Shown here in pieces: positions 34,859 through 48,450 of a stretch of DNA of 64,000 bases (positions within the stretch are counted from its first letter, which is position 1; every line of letters starts with the position of its first letter). A program made the translations under genes and the position numbers. Source of the stretch: Botryllus schlosseri (Eukaryota); assembly GCA_051294905.1 (NCBI GenBank), contig CM119371.1, positions 32,490,001-32,554,000 on the forward strand. The letters are read 5' to 3'. The notes under the pieces are model-generated. The model made no database searches. It was not told the DNA's origin and saw nothing but the letters and a program-made list of their open reading frames with translations.

Positions 34859-37614
34859 GTCGCTCTTTATATGGAAATGACAATGGTGTTTATTTCTTAC
34901 AGTGGTAATAATATCTGTTTTCAAGTTCAAAGTGGTTATTACATATTTTCCACAATTTCTTCAGTGTATATACCGGTAAGTAGTTCTATGACGGCATGGC
35001 ACGGTCTGATAATTATGAAACTATGAAAGTGTCGAACTGTTGACGTTTTTCGACGTTAAAAAACCTAATTTTGAAAAAATGTTGCCCTAATGTATATAAA
35101 TTATGAGTTTTCACGCATAATGCTAGAATTGTACTACTCATCTTCATTTCTGGCTGGAACTGTCTGTCCTCACATCACGAAGTATGGTACAAATACAATT
35201 AAAATGTATTGTAGTACAACGGAAGATACTTTCCTACATTCTCGGGTAGAAAGTGTCTGTCCTTTGTAAGTAGCTTGCCAAGAGTGGAGAAAAAACGTTA
35301 AACAGCAGCAGTTGTGCGTACACTGCTGGTGAAAATCCGTGTTGCTTCAATGTTGTCTACATCAGTGGTTCTCAACCTCCCCTCCCGCGGACCGGCAAAA
35401 TTTCAAAAGATATGTGGCGGACCGGTGAACCTTGAAAATTGAAATCAACCCCAAATGTAATGTATGCAGCTGTTTTCCTGCAAGTATGGTACTGGAGCAG
35501 GCGTGGTCAACCTTTTTGCTATTCACGGCCACATTTCGATCACTTATACGGCCTACGGCCGCATACCAGGACACACAGTCGTGATGAACTACCTAGACGC
35601 GAAATACCCATGTCCATTACTGGTGAACTCCGGACTAATCGACTTTATGATATCGTCTTACCCTACGCGGGGAAATCACTATATAGTGCCCACGTTATGA
35701 ATAGTTACTATAGGAACAATGATCTTGGCGCCCAACGTGAAAATTCTATTCTATTCTCCAACGAATTTCATCATTAACACTGGTCGTCTCTCGTATTACC
35801 ATTTATCCTTTCTCAGCCAATGCGATCAGATTCATCGGTAGAGTTGATGTAGGGAGTGTTTTCGAAAATTTTGGCAATTTATGAATGTTGATGAATCTTC
35901 GGGTGAGCCGATTGTTACTGTAGTCACTTTGTTGCGTGTTGTTATTCCTTGACCTCCCATCAGGATTGTCGGTATAGTGGAAAGAGATTGGAATCTACCA
36001 AACGTACCAGAAACAAATTTCTTTCGCGAGGAGCGTAGACCTATAGTTCCTAGATGGTGTTTCTATATCGCAGTGGTCGGGAACCTATGGCTATTTTGGT
36101 CTAAGATATGGCTCTTTGGGAAATTTTTAATTTTTTGCCTAATTTATCAATATTGCAGCAACTTGTTAGTAAATTTTCATGACGGCCAGAATATTATTCT
36201 CGTGGCAGCATAAGAACGTATTTGATAGGTCAAGACAGTGCGGGATATCCACTATCCAAGGTTAGGGGCTCGTACCGCCCTCTTTTCAAAATCCCCAAAT
36301 ATAAGTTGCTGTCACGCCGGCGACTAACACCACTCGCGAGTTCGATCAACCTGCCATCGCGAGCTTCGAAACCTTGGATTGCACGATACCTTGGTAGATT
36401 AAAGAGAATAGCAGACGTGGCCACGCTTGTAGAACAATGCAGTTTTCAAATACACGTTGTCTTCCTGATCCACGCCGACAAATAAACTGCCTTGGAAGTG
36501 ACATTCATAATTACAAATTCAACTTAAAAACAACGCAATAGCTATCCATGTTCTTGACGTATGTGGCCAGAAAAATATGGCGCATATTACGAATCCCACA
36601 TATTAGTGCAGGGGTGGCCAACCTGCAGCCGTAGCAGGGAATTTGTGCGGCCGTCGATACGTAATTCAATTAGTATGTGTTGGCGGCCGTCGACATGCAA
36701 AATGAAATTACGAATTCACTCTCGAATTTTTGAGAGATTTCAATGAATCTTGAAATTTTCTTCGCGCTAGCCGCGATTCAATGCGACTTCTTTTCTCGAT
36801 TTTAATATAGTAGGACACTTTTCAATCTGTGCCGGATTCGAAATTGTGTGCTCCTCACGAAAATAAATTGTTTATGGTACATTTGGGCGATTCCAATATG
36901 TTTCCACTATACCGACAATCCTGATGAGGGGCCAAGAAATAACAGCATGCAACAAAGTTACTAACAGCAATTTGCCCACCGAAGATGCATTATCATTTTT
37001 ATCTTAGCCTAAATTTTCAAAAGCATTCCTTCCCTCTATCAACTCTACCAGTGAATCTGATCACATGGGCTGATAAAGTATAAATATTTGATAGCATTAT
37101 GTGATACTGCTACTATTAATGACGGAATCGATCGGTGATCTGAAAAGTTTTCATGCTTTGCGCGACTATATCCAAACCCAGTGACTATCCATAACATTAC
37201 CACTCACGATTGCGGTGCGTATAACAGGTCGATATGAAAAGTAGAATAGTCCGAAGTTCAACAGAAATAAACATGGACAGTTTAAGATAGGCATTTTGCG
37301 TCCAGTTAGTTCATTGCGGCTATGCCCTGGAATGCGGCCGTAGGCTACATATGTAATCGAAATTCGCCCGTGGTTAGCAAAAAGGTTGCCCACCTCCATA
37401 GTAGTTCTACTATCGACAATGTCATACTCTAAAGCAGTGCTCTTCAACCGGGGTGGTCGTACACCCTAGGGTGTACCAGAATTTGCAAAGGGTGTACCAC
37501 TCGGATGGGGTGTACAGGGGTGTACCAGATCCGAATTACAATGAGCCGATGGCTAGCTATCACAAAGGCAGGTTTATGGGTCAGGACAGGTTGACGCACA
37601 GGTTAATGAGCATG

Positions 37615-40483
37615 CAGCACCGTAACTGCCACACCCCAAACCCCCAATTGTGGGGTGAGCTCGAAGGGGGTCCCAAATTATTTCGTGAATTAACATAAAT
37701 TATAGCGTATTTTTTTAAAATTTATGCAATTTTTTCCAAAATTTAAAGTTGCCAATTATGTTCATTATTTGGTACTCTTCCCCCAAGAAAAAACACGCAA
37801 CATTTATAGAAATGGACATATCGGCGTTGGCCATTAACACGTCACCACGCACCAAGATATATAATGATTTAGTACTTATTACATGCGACTCCAAGAAGTG
37901 TGCCAGAACGATCGGCAGCGCGAAAAGCTTGGCCGAAACGGACTGCCCTTACGCAGACCGAAAACTTCGTTATATATACCAAATAATAGGTTAAATTGTC
38001 CATAGGCGCCTAAATGACTGGCGCCATATGTTCCTGTCTTGGCAATCTGAACCTCAGAAGACAAATACCATCCAGCAAGAAAAAATATATGCCAGTGAAG
38101 AAATACCAATTTGAAATCGTGTGCGTCTTTTAGTTTAGTACGTTAGAGCAATTTTATATTTTTGATATAGCAGACAGGAGGTCACGAAATAAAATCATGT
38201 AACGAAGTCATACCAACGGGTCCGCCCACCCGAAAATGTTTAATTATTATTTATGGGCCCTACAGTTTCCGGTAAATCTGATAACATGAGCAGAGAGGAC
38301 AAGATATTGATAGCAATATATATGCAATGCAATCTTATTGGCCGATTGTATCATGAATTATCGAAAATTGTCGCGCTTCGAGCTGGCTCACTAAACAGTG
38401 CAGCAAATTTCTCGGCAAAAGCGAACACTGTGATGAGGGGTCGGTTTATCACCGTATGAGAACCGAAAACCCAAGTTATTGTGGGGGGGGGGGGGGGGGC
38501 GGAGCTGACGAAGTGCTGTTTAGTTCCTGCCAACGCAGGCCTGGGCAAAGTGCGGCCCGCGGGCCAAATGCGGCCCGCGGAGCTATTCTGTGCGGCCCGC
38601 GAAAGGTTGCTTGAAAGTGAAGATATAAAACCTACTTTTTGCTGTTGCTGCGTGGACTAAAACCATAGGATGTATTAACTGAACCGTAAATTCGTTTATT
38701 ATCAAGCCTGTTCAATGTTTGTTCATGAACATGCTGCGATTAGGCAGCCTATACGTACCTCGCGTGCCTAATCCATATTCAAAGTAAAGTCAATGTAGAA
38801 AATGAGGCCGTTACAATTAAAGTCACAACAAGTCACCAAACCTTCTTTGTTGCCATTGTCATAGTACAAATTACACGGTCTGTGTTTCAAATTGTTACGT
38901 GATGTGTTTACAAATCCTTAACAAGTCAATCACTGCCCGTGATTTCTATATCAGTATATCACCACCCATAAAGGATGGCAAAAAAGAAAGCCGAAAGTAG
39001 AGATTCAAAGATGGTTCGGAGGACTAAATATTTGATTTCTACCAAATCTGTTTAGTAGTTAGTGCCGAGCACTTCGCACATATAGGGCCATCGCTCGATC
39101 AAGGGACGGCGAATTTCGTAATGTCCACAAGCTTGGCTTAACAGCAAGGCCATTTTCGGCAAGCTCAACACTTCTCGGAAACCAGCTACCAAGACAATAA
39201 GCTTTAAAGTATACCCAGGACCGTAACTGCCGCACCCCAAACCCCCAATTGGCGGGCGAGCTCGAAGAGCGCCCAAAATTATTTCGTGAATGACCATAAA
39301 TTATAGAGTATTTTTTTAATTTATGCAACTTCTTTCAAATGTTTCTCGCGCAAAGCGCGATTTCGAGATCAATAGTCATAGAATTGGGTATTTCAGCGTC
39401 AGCCATTACCGCGCCACGGCGTACCGAGATATATGAAGTTCAGGCCAACACGGGATTTCGTGAATGCACTGCAATTGCAACTGCTGATCAAATTAACTAG
39501 TGAAAGCTCGATAGCGAGAAAGCCTTGGCCCAAAAGGACTGCCCTCGTGTTGACCGAAAACCACGATGTCCAATTGTCCATAGGTAATATTTCCCAGTGA
39601 AGAATTATCAATTGGGAATCGTGTGCGTCTTTTAGTTTAGTACCCTTTGACGATTTCAATATCTTTTCACGTAGCAGACGGGAGGTCACGAAATAATAAC
39701 ATGTAACGAAGTATAATTATACCAACAGGCCCTCTCGAATATTTTCACGACAGCAACTCACTCTGCTCTAGCGGTAAAACTGAGTACGAGGGCTGAAAGA
39801 GGTTTAAAAAATATAGCTGTATGTATGCAATTACCAATAATATTGACCGATTGAATCACGAAACATGGAAAAATTCCGCGATTCGTGCGATTGGGGCATA
39901 AAACGTTGCCAATTAGTGTATTTAAGAAATCTCGCTCAGGAGTAGTGTTAAAAACATGCATTCTGATGGGTCTGGTCTGAGGGTGGAGCATTCAATTTAG
40001 AAATAAAATCAATACGCTGGAGAATACAGCTAAAATTTCTGGGCCCGCCAACATATTTCTGCTTCTCATTTGGCCCGCGGAGAAAAATAATTGCCCACCC
40101 CTGTGCCAACGGGTATACGCCCGAAGATGTCTAATTATTATTATTGGGATGTCCTACAATTTTAAAACAGACTTCGCTCAGCTCTACCGTTAAATCTGAT
40201 TACGTGAGCAGAGAGAGGATCAAAATTGATAGCAATATATATGTAATTCCCGACCATATTGCCCGATTACATTCTTGAATTACTGAAATTATTCGCGCTT
40301 CGCGCGTCTAGGCGGGAAAAGCGGTCTCACATAACGTACACCCAGTGGAGATGTGAAATAGCGTCAAAAAGCGGATAGCCAAGGGGGGGGGACTGGGGGG
40401 CGACGCCCCCATAGGTTTATCACCCCATGGGGGCCCTAGGCCAACGATTTGGGGGGGGCTGACGAAGTGCTGTTACGGCCCTG
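37615..40483. mobile_element. CAGGACCGTAAC-family hAT element, nest level 4
   Basis: Ends are CAGCACCGTAAC and GTTACGGCCCTG, with perfect TSD TGAGCATG. Confidence 0.88.
38536..40103. mobile_element. hAT element (family of 2106-5124), nest level 5
   Basis: Ends are CAGGCCTGGGCAA and TTGCCCACCCCTG, with perfect TSD TGCCAACG. Confidence 0.9.
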
Positions 40484-42152
40484 TGAGCATGGTACGATGT
40501 TATCTCAAGTGTAATACTGTACACCGTTTGATTGTGATGTCATAAGCAGAAATCTCCAGTAATCATTTAGCCGTCGGCAATAGACCAATGGCTCCGTTTG
40601 GTGTTGGAAAGTATGCAGTTAACAAACATGTGTTCAGCTAGTCATTTGTCTTATAGTGATTTTTGAGAAAACCGCCGCGATAGCTCAGACTTCTTGAATC
40701 GGTACTTCATACTCGACGTTAATAAATACCGCAATGAAAATAAAAAAGTGACGTAGCCAGCCAGGGTCGAAACAGCATCCATGATGAAATCGAAACCCTT
40801 TTGTTTTAAAATGCCGATGTTATGTCCAATATTTCGCCATACATTTGTAATTTAATATTTTGTTACTAGTGATGCAAATTAGCGACAATAGACTGTGTGA
40901 CCAAATACTATTTTATTCAAATCCAAATTTTTGACGGCAATAACTCCGCTTCTACTGGTTGGAATTGAACCAAATTTGAAGAACATCGTTTTTATAGACA
41001 ACATAATACTTTCATCGGGTGAACAGAAAAATTTCAAATTTTTCGTTATTTCTTTTTCCCGTAGCAATCCGGCTACTGGTTGGAATCGAACCAAATTTGG
41101 TGTGTAGGCTTAAATTAGGTAACCTAACAATTTTATCAAGTAGCCAGTACGATTTGAGAAAAAAAGTCAATTTTGAAGACCCCGAATGAACAGGGGTGTA
41201 CGAGTTTTGAGCAAACGTTAAAAGGGTGTACCACTCCGAAAAAGGTTGAAGAGCACTGCTCTAAAGTGCTACCAATATGTCACGGATTTTCAATTGTGAC
41301 GTAACAGTTGATTGACATGTATGGCTCTTTGGGAGTTACAATTGAAAATATTGGGCCAATATGGCTCTTCGGTAGAAAAAGGTTCCCGACCCCTGCTATA
41401 TGGGGTGCATCATTTTTTTCGGTTGTTCGCATCTGTACTGTGAGGCCCAGATTGCAAAGCGCGCTACGACAATATAATAATCGAAAAATGAAGTCGCATT
41501 GAATCACGCCTAACGCGAAGAAAGTTTCAAGTTTAATTGAAATATCTCCAAAAGTAGGGAGTCAACTCGCAAATTAAATTTTCATGTCGACGGCGGCCAA
41601 CACATACTAATCGAATTACGTGTCCACGGTCGCACAAATTTCCTTCTGCGGCCGCAGGTTGGTCCTGTACTAAAGAGTGACATTCTTTTCGTAATTAATG
41701 CATCTCTGGCTTGCACAATCGCCTCTGCATTGGCTTGGTGCTCCCGATATTGACTCTGGCCTACATAATCGCATCTGCAATAGTCCTGGTACAAAAGAGA
41801 TAATCGCTGGCCTAATCATCGCGTCTGCGGGCCCAGCATGCGTTGGCTTCCATCCCTCGGATGGCTTGGTTGACAATATGCCGTTAAGTGTATTCTGATA
41901 AGTGATTGTGAGTAAAGAGCGACATCGCGAAACTGAATGATATCGAATGTTCGGAAACATGTGTGATTGTTTGTGCGTGCAAGCGTAATTGATTTCCACT
42001 AATACTTAATTCGAAAAGAATTGAAACCCAGTCATTTTATTTCAAACACTGCCATCTTATTTTTCGGCTGGCTACGCACCTGATCACGTGAATTTATCAA
42101 GGAGGGATTTGAGAGAGATATCACGCCGTCCTCAATTCCAGTATAGGACACT

Positions 42153-42425
42153 ATGATTCCAGTATCGGCTACCCGTCCTTCCAGTACTCCGAACCTATAC
42201 AGAAGAATGGTTCAAAAGGAATGCGAAGTGTTTGAAGCTTCCGGGAAACGACCTGCCAACCTTTAGACTCGCTATGAAGCGCTGATTACTATTAGGTCCA
42301 CTTCTGTGGAGGCGGAAAGAGCATTCAATGCATGCGGACTCTATGTTACAAAACTCCAGTGCCGGCTACAGGATGCCACGATTGATGCATTGTGCGTCAT
42401 AAGGAGGCCGTTGCTGAAGCAGTGA
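42153..42425 (+). pseudogene. hAT transposase C-terminal remnant
   Basis: Translates as ...MVQKECEVFEASGKRPANL*TRYEALITIRSTSVEAERAFNACGLYVTKLQCRLQDATIDALCVIRRPLLKQ*, with a TSVEAERAF motif and one internal stop. Confidence 0.82.
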
Positions 42426-42722
42426 ACATTATATCTGCGTGATTTTTCTCGTAGTCAAAATACTGGTATACTCGGAACTTTTTGACCAGGGACAACTGAT
42501 ATTACAATATTGTCGATATAAAATGTTCTTTTAAATTATGCACTAGTTGCTGGCTATTACTCCTGACGAGTGTCAACCGAATATATTCAGGTTAATATCA
42601 CAATAAATATACTAGTCGGTTGTTTATTTTAGGTTTATGATAATTTTGTAGTATAACAGACAAAATATGCATGTTGCGTCGTGCGTATCGCGGTGCAATC
42701 AGTGCTCCTCGATGCCATAGAC

Positions 42723-44341
42723 CAGTGGTCCCCAACCTTTTTCGACTCATCGCCCTCTTATAAAGCTCGAAAAATTTTCATCGCCCCCCTAGAAGGTGAC
42801 CCAAATTTGAGATCTATTGAGGTCTCGTGACCACCGTTCCCTCTAAGCTGCGCCCGTGCGCAATTGCGCAGTGCTGACACGGAAAATCTAATCTGCGCAC
42901 GAAAAAGCCGAAGGGATGACATTTTTTTAGTTAGCACCACAAAATTACCGAGAAAAGTTGTAATTCGGCAGTCCGATCAAAGTGATGACCATTTTTTATT
43001 TGTTGCGCACTGCTGACCAACGGACCGCGCAGTTAGTCGGTGAATGCGCACAGACAGAGTTTTGCCTAAACCCCAAACGTTCAACGATAAGTTAGATGGC
43101 CATTACTGTACTATTCGGTATCATAACAACTTATACTGTCCTCCACAAATCTAACCGCACAGGGTTATTAACGTTTTGGAAATCGTTGGAGTTAGGCCTA
43201 CTAGTATGCTAAAAAATAAGGCTACTTCGAGAAGCAATGCTGTTGTGTTACGTCTATAAAGTATAGACCAATTAAAACTACATTGGTGATCGAAAATCAA
43301 CTGTATCGCTTGCTTGAGGTGTCATATATAGGGTTGGCAACTGCAGGAAGGCTCTGGAAGTCATAGGCTATATTTCATAACATAATAGTTTACCAAACTG
43401 ACTGTAACATAACCAAATTATCCTCATCGTTCGAGATGTCTTTACATATTAATAGAGATCAGATAAAATGATTGGGAAAATGAGTGGCGCAGTTGGTTAA
43501 ACACTGCAGTCACGACACCAACGGTTGCTGGTTCGAGTCTCGGCTCTGCTCTGTTTCTATGTGTCGGAGGTTTATCTGGGCTCCTCTTCGCCGATCGCGC
43601 TGTACTTCCAGCGCCTTGAAAAGCTCAGAGGAAGAGAGAGCCGAACTCCAGAAAGATGGCAAAAAAAGACTAGGTTGCGGGCGCATGAAAATCGAACGAG
43701 ACTGATGGTGGAAGAGCGCGTGCATGGACGTCGTCCTTGATAGTTGAAGGAAATCGAACGAGCAAAACTAGTGCCAACGTTCCATACTCGAAATTCTGGT
43801 GCCAACTATCGTGAAAATGTGCCAATATTCATAAATTTGGCCCCGATATGCGCCAATTTGCAACACTGGATACTTCGCAACGACACACTAAGGAGCAGTA
43901 TTAACAGAAAGTGTTCGTGCTTGCTGGCTCACGCAGAAACAGCTGATATTTGATTAATTATGATGTAACAACAGCGGTGTATCCATTGAGAATAAACGAC
44001 CGTCAATGACCGGATGGTACGAGGTTGGTAGAGTTCATAAACAAGTGAAATAGGTGTAATAGGAGGCAAATTTACGGGACTTGAAATTCATTTCAGGTAT
44101 CGCAGGCTGGAATGGGTCAAGTATTGAGCCACTTTTCTATCATCGTCGATCTCACATAAATTGAACTGAGCAATAAAGCAAGCACATATTGAATCATTAT
44201 TTGACTGAAAGTTCTATCGTTTTCGCCCCCTATCGCCCCCTTGTCCGTTTTCGCCCCCCTATCGCCCCCATCGTTATTTTCGCCCGCTGGATCACCAAAT
44301 CGCCCCCTGGGAGGCGGTATCGCCCACGCTGGGTACCACTG
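42723..44341. mobile_element. hAT element with ATCGCCCC subterminal repeats
   Basis: Ends are CAGTGGTCCCCAAC and GCTGGGTACCACTG, with TSD CCATAGAC / CCATGAAC. The homologous uninterrupted host sequence is near 16560-16660. Confidence 0.75.
43477..43770 (+). mobile_element. tRNA-derived SINE, second type (3' boundary uncertain)
   Basis: A box TGGCGCAGTTGG (43485) and B box GGTTCGAGTC (43530). The core GTGTCGGAGGTTTATCTGGGCTCCTCTTCGCC is shared with the 25616 SINE. Confidence 0.7.
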
Positions 44342-45566
44342 CCATGAACCATATATTCCTTAATTGCGATTGTGCTATTTTCCCAATGCAAAATACCCCA
44401 CATACCAAATTACCTGGAAAGCTGGATGAGCCTGACTAACAGGACCGTGTAGCAGCACATCGTCAGCCACCGGAAACGTTGGTTTCGCCCCCCCCCCATA
44501 GGGCGATAAACCAAAGTATTCCTTTATTGGCATATAATTTTTCTCCACGGGGTAGCACTTGTCCTGTCGGGTTCAGATCGCCAGAAAGGGAATATTCAAC
44601 GCCAACCGTTGATGCGCATATGGACCATTGAACGTATATGTATAGTATATATATATCGAAGTTTTCGGTGAGAACAAGGGCATTCCTTTTCGGCCAAGGT
44701 CGTCTATCTGCTGATCGTTCTGGCACACTTCTCGAGGTCGCATGTTACATGGCCTATAACTCCATATGTGTCGGTGCGTCGTGGCGCAGTAATCTCCGAC
44801 GCCGAAGTATCCATTTCCAAAAATCTTTCGTATTTTTGTTGGGGTAAGGGTACCCCAAAACCAAGAGATATGACTAGGCTATATTAAATCGCGCACAGTG
44901 CCAAAATTCTTTGAAAAAGTCAAGTTCACGTTCGAGTCCGCCTCTTCCAATTTGGAATTGGGGGAGCGGCAGTTACGGTCCTGACTCCAATATAGCCGTT
45001 TTAACGCGCCGTCGCCCCTATCGCCCCCATCGTTCGTTTTCGCCCCCCAGCCCTATCGCCCCCTAGACCGCCAAATCGCCCTCTGTGGGCGATATCGCCC
45101 ACGTTGGGAACCACTGCATTGAGACATATGCCATAAAACCTTGACCCAAAATGACCGTTGCTAGTTGGCCAAAGTCTTCAATATTGATATGTCCGGTTTA
45201 GAAATGGTCGGCACCGAATATATCGTCTCGTCCTTGCAATCTTGTCCCGGTACTAGAAAATTGGCCAACAGAGAAAAATATTGCATACCGATTTTAAGTT
45301 GCGCACGCTATACATGTTTCACAGAGCTGCGACTTGGTGTCCGCGCCTTTGTATTCCATGCATGCCAGTAAATACGTAACACACTGACATTAAATGCAAT
45401 CATGTGGAGGCGTGAGGCTCGGGTTACGAGAGATTTGAGTCGGTCCAGAAAGTTTGAGAAACCGAGTCATACGAGGGGACGGTGTCTTGTGACGTCACAA
45501 TCAACCCTCAGCGGTGACGTCATAGTCACATTAGAACGCACTTTACTCCATGTCGCCGGTGTACGT

Positions 45567-45981
45567 CAGAGATGAGCATGGATTAGGATTAGGTTTTGAA
45601 AAAACAGGATTTGTGAAATTTTGCGGATTTGGATTAGAAATTTTTTTCAGAACGGATTAGGATTTGCATTGGATTTACCAATTTTCTGGCGGATTGAAAT
45701 GTCGTGGGGCGAATGGCGACAAACTTTATTCAGATCAGTTATTAATGTACTTAAGGTTACTAAGTTATCTTGAATCAAGTGAATCGTTGGTTGTGAAAGA
45801 AAATTTTCGAATCCCTCCATTGCATAAATTGGTAATTTTTCTGAATTTCCAGTTGGAATCGGATTAGGATTGGACATGGACTTGAATATGAAAAAGTTAT
45901 GGATTAGGATTTAGATTTGGATTTGAAGGTTCGGATTTGGATTGGATTAGGACATAGAAATTTCAAATCCGCTCATCTCTG
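45567..45981. mobile_element. hAT MITE with GGATT(A/T) repeats
   Basis: TIR CAGAGATGAGC / GCTCATCTCTG with perfect TSD GTGTACGT. Confidence 0.92.
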
Positions 45982-48450
45982 GTGTACGTACGTACAGTAG
46001 GGATATCTAGATATGATCCTTTTTCAGGAAATAGACCACCCTACATGTTAGCGTAAGGATTGTGTATTTCCACCCATGTAACAACCCTGATATACGGGTG
46101 TCAATATACCCCCATAGCACACGAAACAAGAGCCTAACTCACACTCGAGTACAGCATTCTATTTCAAATGATGCATTCGCGTATGTGCTTAGGAAGGTAT
46201 GCACGTAGGCACGTAGGATTTATGACCGCGATGTAATTCTGTGTAAGGTTCTGTCTCCGGCCCTTTGGATGTGAATACGCTTAGAGTGTATAGTTTTATG
46301 GGTTTAAAAACGAACGAAGTTGAATTTAGATAGTAAAGTCAATCTCATCATCAAAATACTGGCACGGTCGGAACTTTTTTATCGAGTACAACTGATATTG
46401 ACGCGCCTGGAGTCATGGCTTGAATCGATTACCATTTTCTGAATGACCTGACTTGAATCCACTGAATCCAATTCACTCCACTGAAATGAATTAACTTGAC
46501 TTGACTTGACTTTCACAGGCACTAAAATATCATTAAATCCAAGACTAAATATATTCAATCAGATGGATAAGAAGGGAAGTTTTTCTATCTTGACAATTTC
46601 TAAGAAATCTGATTACGATTTAATATTTTCCCAACAAAAGTTTCTCTTTCACATAAACATGTAATCGGCTCTGCCTCTATAGCATAAAGCTTGCATCCAT
46701 CCTGCATTGTTTTCTCAATGAACATTACTTTCACGGAATTAGGCCACTTTGGATAGCGCATACCTTATTTTCAGCATTATCATTCCATTATACGCATAGA
46801 AAAGTATATTACAGCAGACCAGATTCATTTAGACACCGAGTGACGTATTGTACTACCACGGAAGGATCCAGGTTAAAACCAATCATACCTGACTATCGAA
46901 ACATAAACTTCTCAACCTCTCTCATACTGGGAGACTTATGGTTAGCTATCAAGGTTACAAAATATTCCAAAGACTAGTGAATTAGACAGCGAATACAAGC
47001 CGCGCACAATATGTTCAATATTGTCCACACCGACTTGCAGAAATTACTGGATTTCCAAAAAGCGCAACTACAATAACTACTACAACTAATCAATTTTGGA
47101 AACTAGCAACTAGAATTAAATAAAGAACTACTCACTTTTCAAACTAGGCAATCATACTAGGACTAGAACTAATCTCCTTTCGAAGCCCGTAGCTAGAACT
47201 AGATCTAGCTACAACTAATGACCTTGCAAAATTAATAGACCGCAGAATATAGAGCAAAATTTTGACTTGACCCTGGAACCTATTCACTGCTTCTCATTCT
47301 CTGAAAAATAATTAAATTTACTAAGAAACACATTGATTTTTATTTTATCCGAAATATTATACGCAGAATCGTCATTTCAAGAGGAAGTGTTTCGAGTTTG
47401 AAATAGGAGAGATTTCGATCCCCAAACCTCACCCGTTGGCTACGCCACTGTTAGCAGTGATGGCTTTGAGCGACCAATGGCTGCATAAACATCATTCAGC
47501 AGAACGCCGGTATCTCGAATCGCGCAAAACAACAACACGTGTATTCTAGTTATCCGGCAACTAATATTTCTTCAAATGTGAAACCAGAACTAGATCTATA
47601 GAACTACTCTTTTTTCAAAATTCGAAACTAGAACTAGAACTAGAAGTACTCAAAACACCGTTAGTTATAGTTGAACGGCAACAAACTAAATGAGTAGCGT
47701 GCAATGTTCCCTCTAATTTTTCACGAGTCTGCGCAAATACGCCAACTCACTGCGCGGGCCCTTGGACAACAGTGCGCGACCAGCCCCCCCCCATAGGGTG
47801 ATAAACCGAACCAGACCCCCCTCACGCTGGGCGCTTCTCACCCCTACTACAAATCTATGTCTGGTCTTTGTTCAGTGGGCGTTCCGTCTAAACGCGCGAA
47901 GCGCGAACATTTTCTATAATTCATGATCAAATCAGTCAATATCATCGGGAATTGCATATATTGCTATCAATTTTAATCCTGTCCCTGCTCACGTAATCAC
48001 ATTTACAGGTAAAGCTGATCGAGTGAGATGTGTTAGAAAAGGTAGGACCCCTAAATATAATTAAACATATTCGGGCGTACCCGTTGGTATAATGACTTCC
48101 TTACATCATGCTATTTCGTGACCTCCTATCTGCTATGCCAAAAGATAGTGAAATCTGACATAAGTCACCTTGATTCCACTGCGACGATATGGTGACATAC
48201 TATGGATTACTAGAGGACAGACATACACGCACGAGAACGCACTTGAAATCAATACATGCGATCGATGTAGGTCTATGTGACGTCTTAATACCGGCAATGC
48301 ACTCATTACTATCAAGACATACAGTCAGATACAGTGATACGAATATTCAAGTCTGATTGAAGCAAGAACAAGATCAGCGTATTACCTTATCGACAGAAGA
48401 TACCCGTTCAAACGAATCGAATAAAATCACAAATTAGTGCTGCTGAGAAG

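Larger units (their letters stand above)
37435..41258. mobile_element. hAT element, nest level 3
   Basis: Perfect 15-bp TIR CAGTGCTCTTCAACC, perfect TSD CTCTAAAG and subterminal GGGTGTAC repeats. Confidence 0.92.
36071..41395. mobile_element. hAT MITE (same family as 15344-16221, reversed), nest level 2
   Basis: TIR CAGTGGTCGGGAACC / GGTTCCCGACCCCTG with TSD CTATATCG / CTATATGG. Confidence 0.85.
35498..41667. mobile_element. Outermost hAT MITE of a five-level nest
   Basis: Ends are CAGGCGTGGTCAACC and GGTTGGTCCTG, with TSD TACTGGAG / TACTAAAG (6/8). An uninterrupted relative is at ~57438-58177. Confidence 0.7.
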
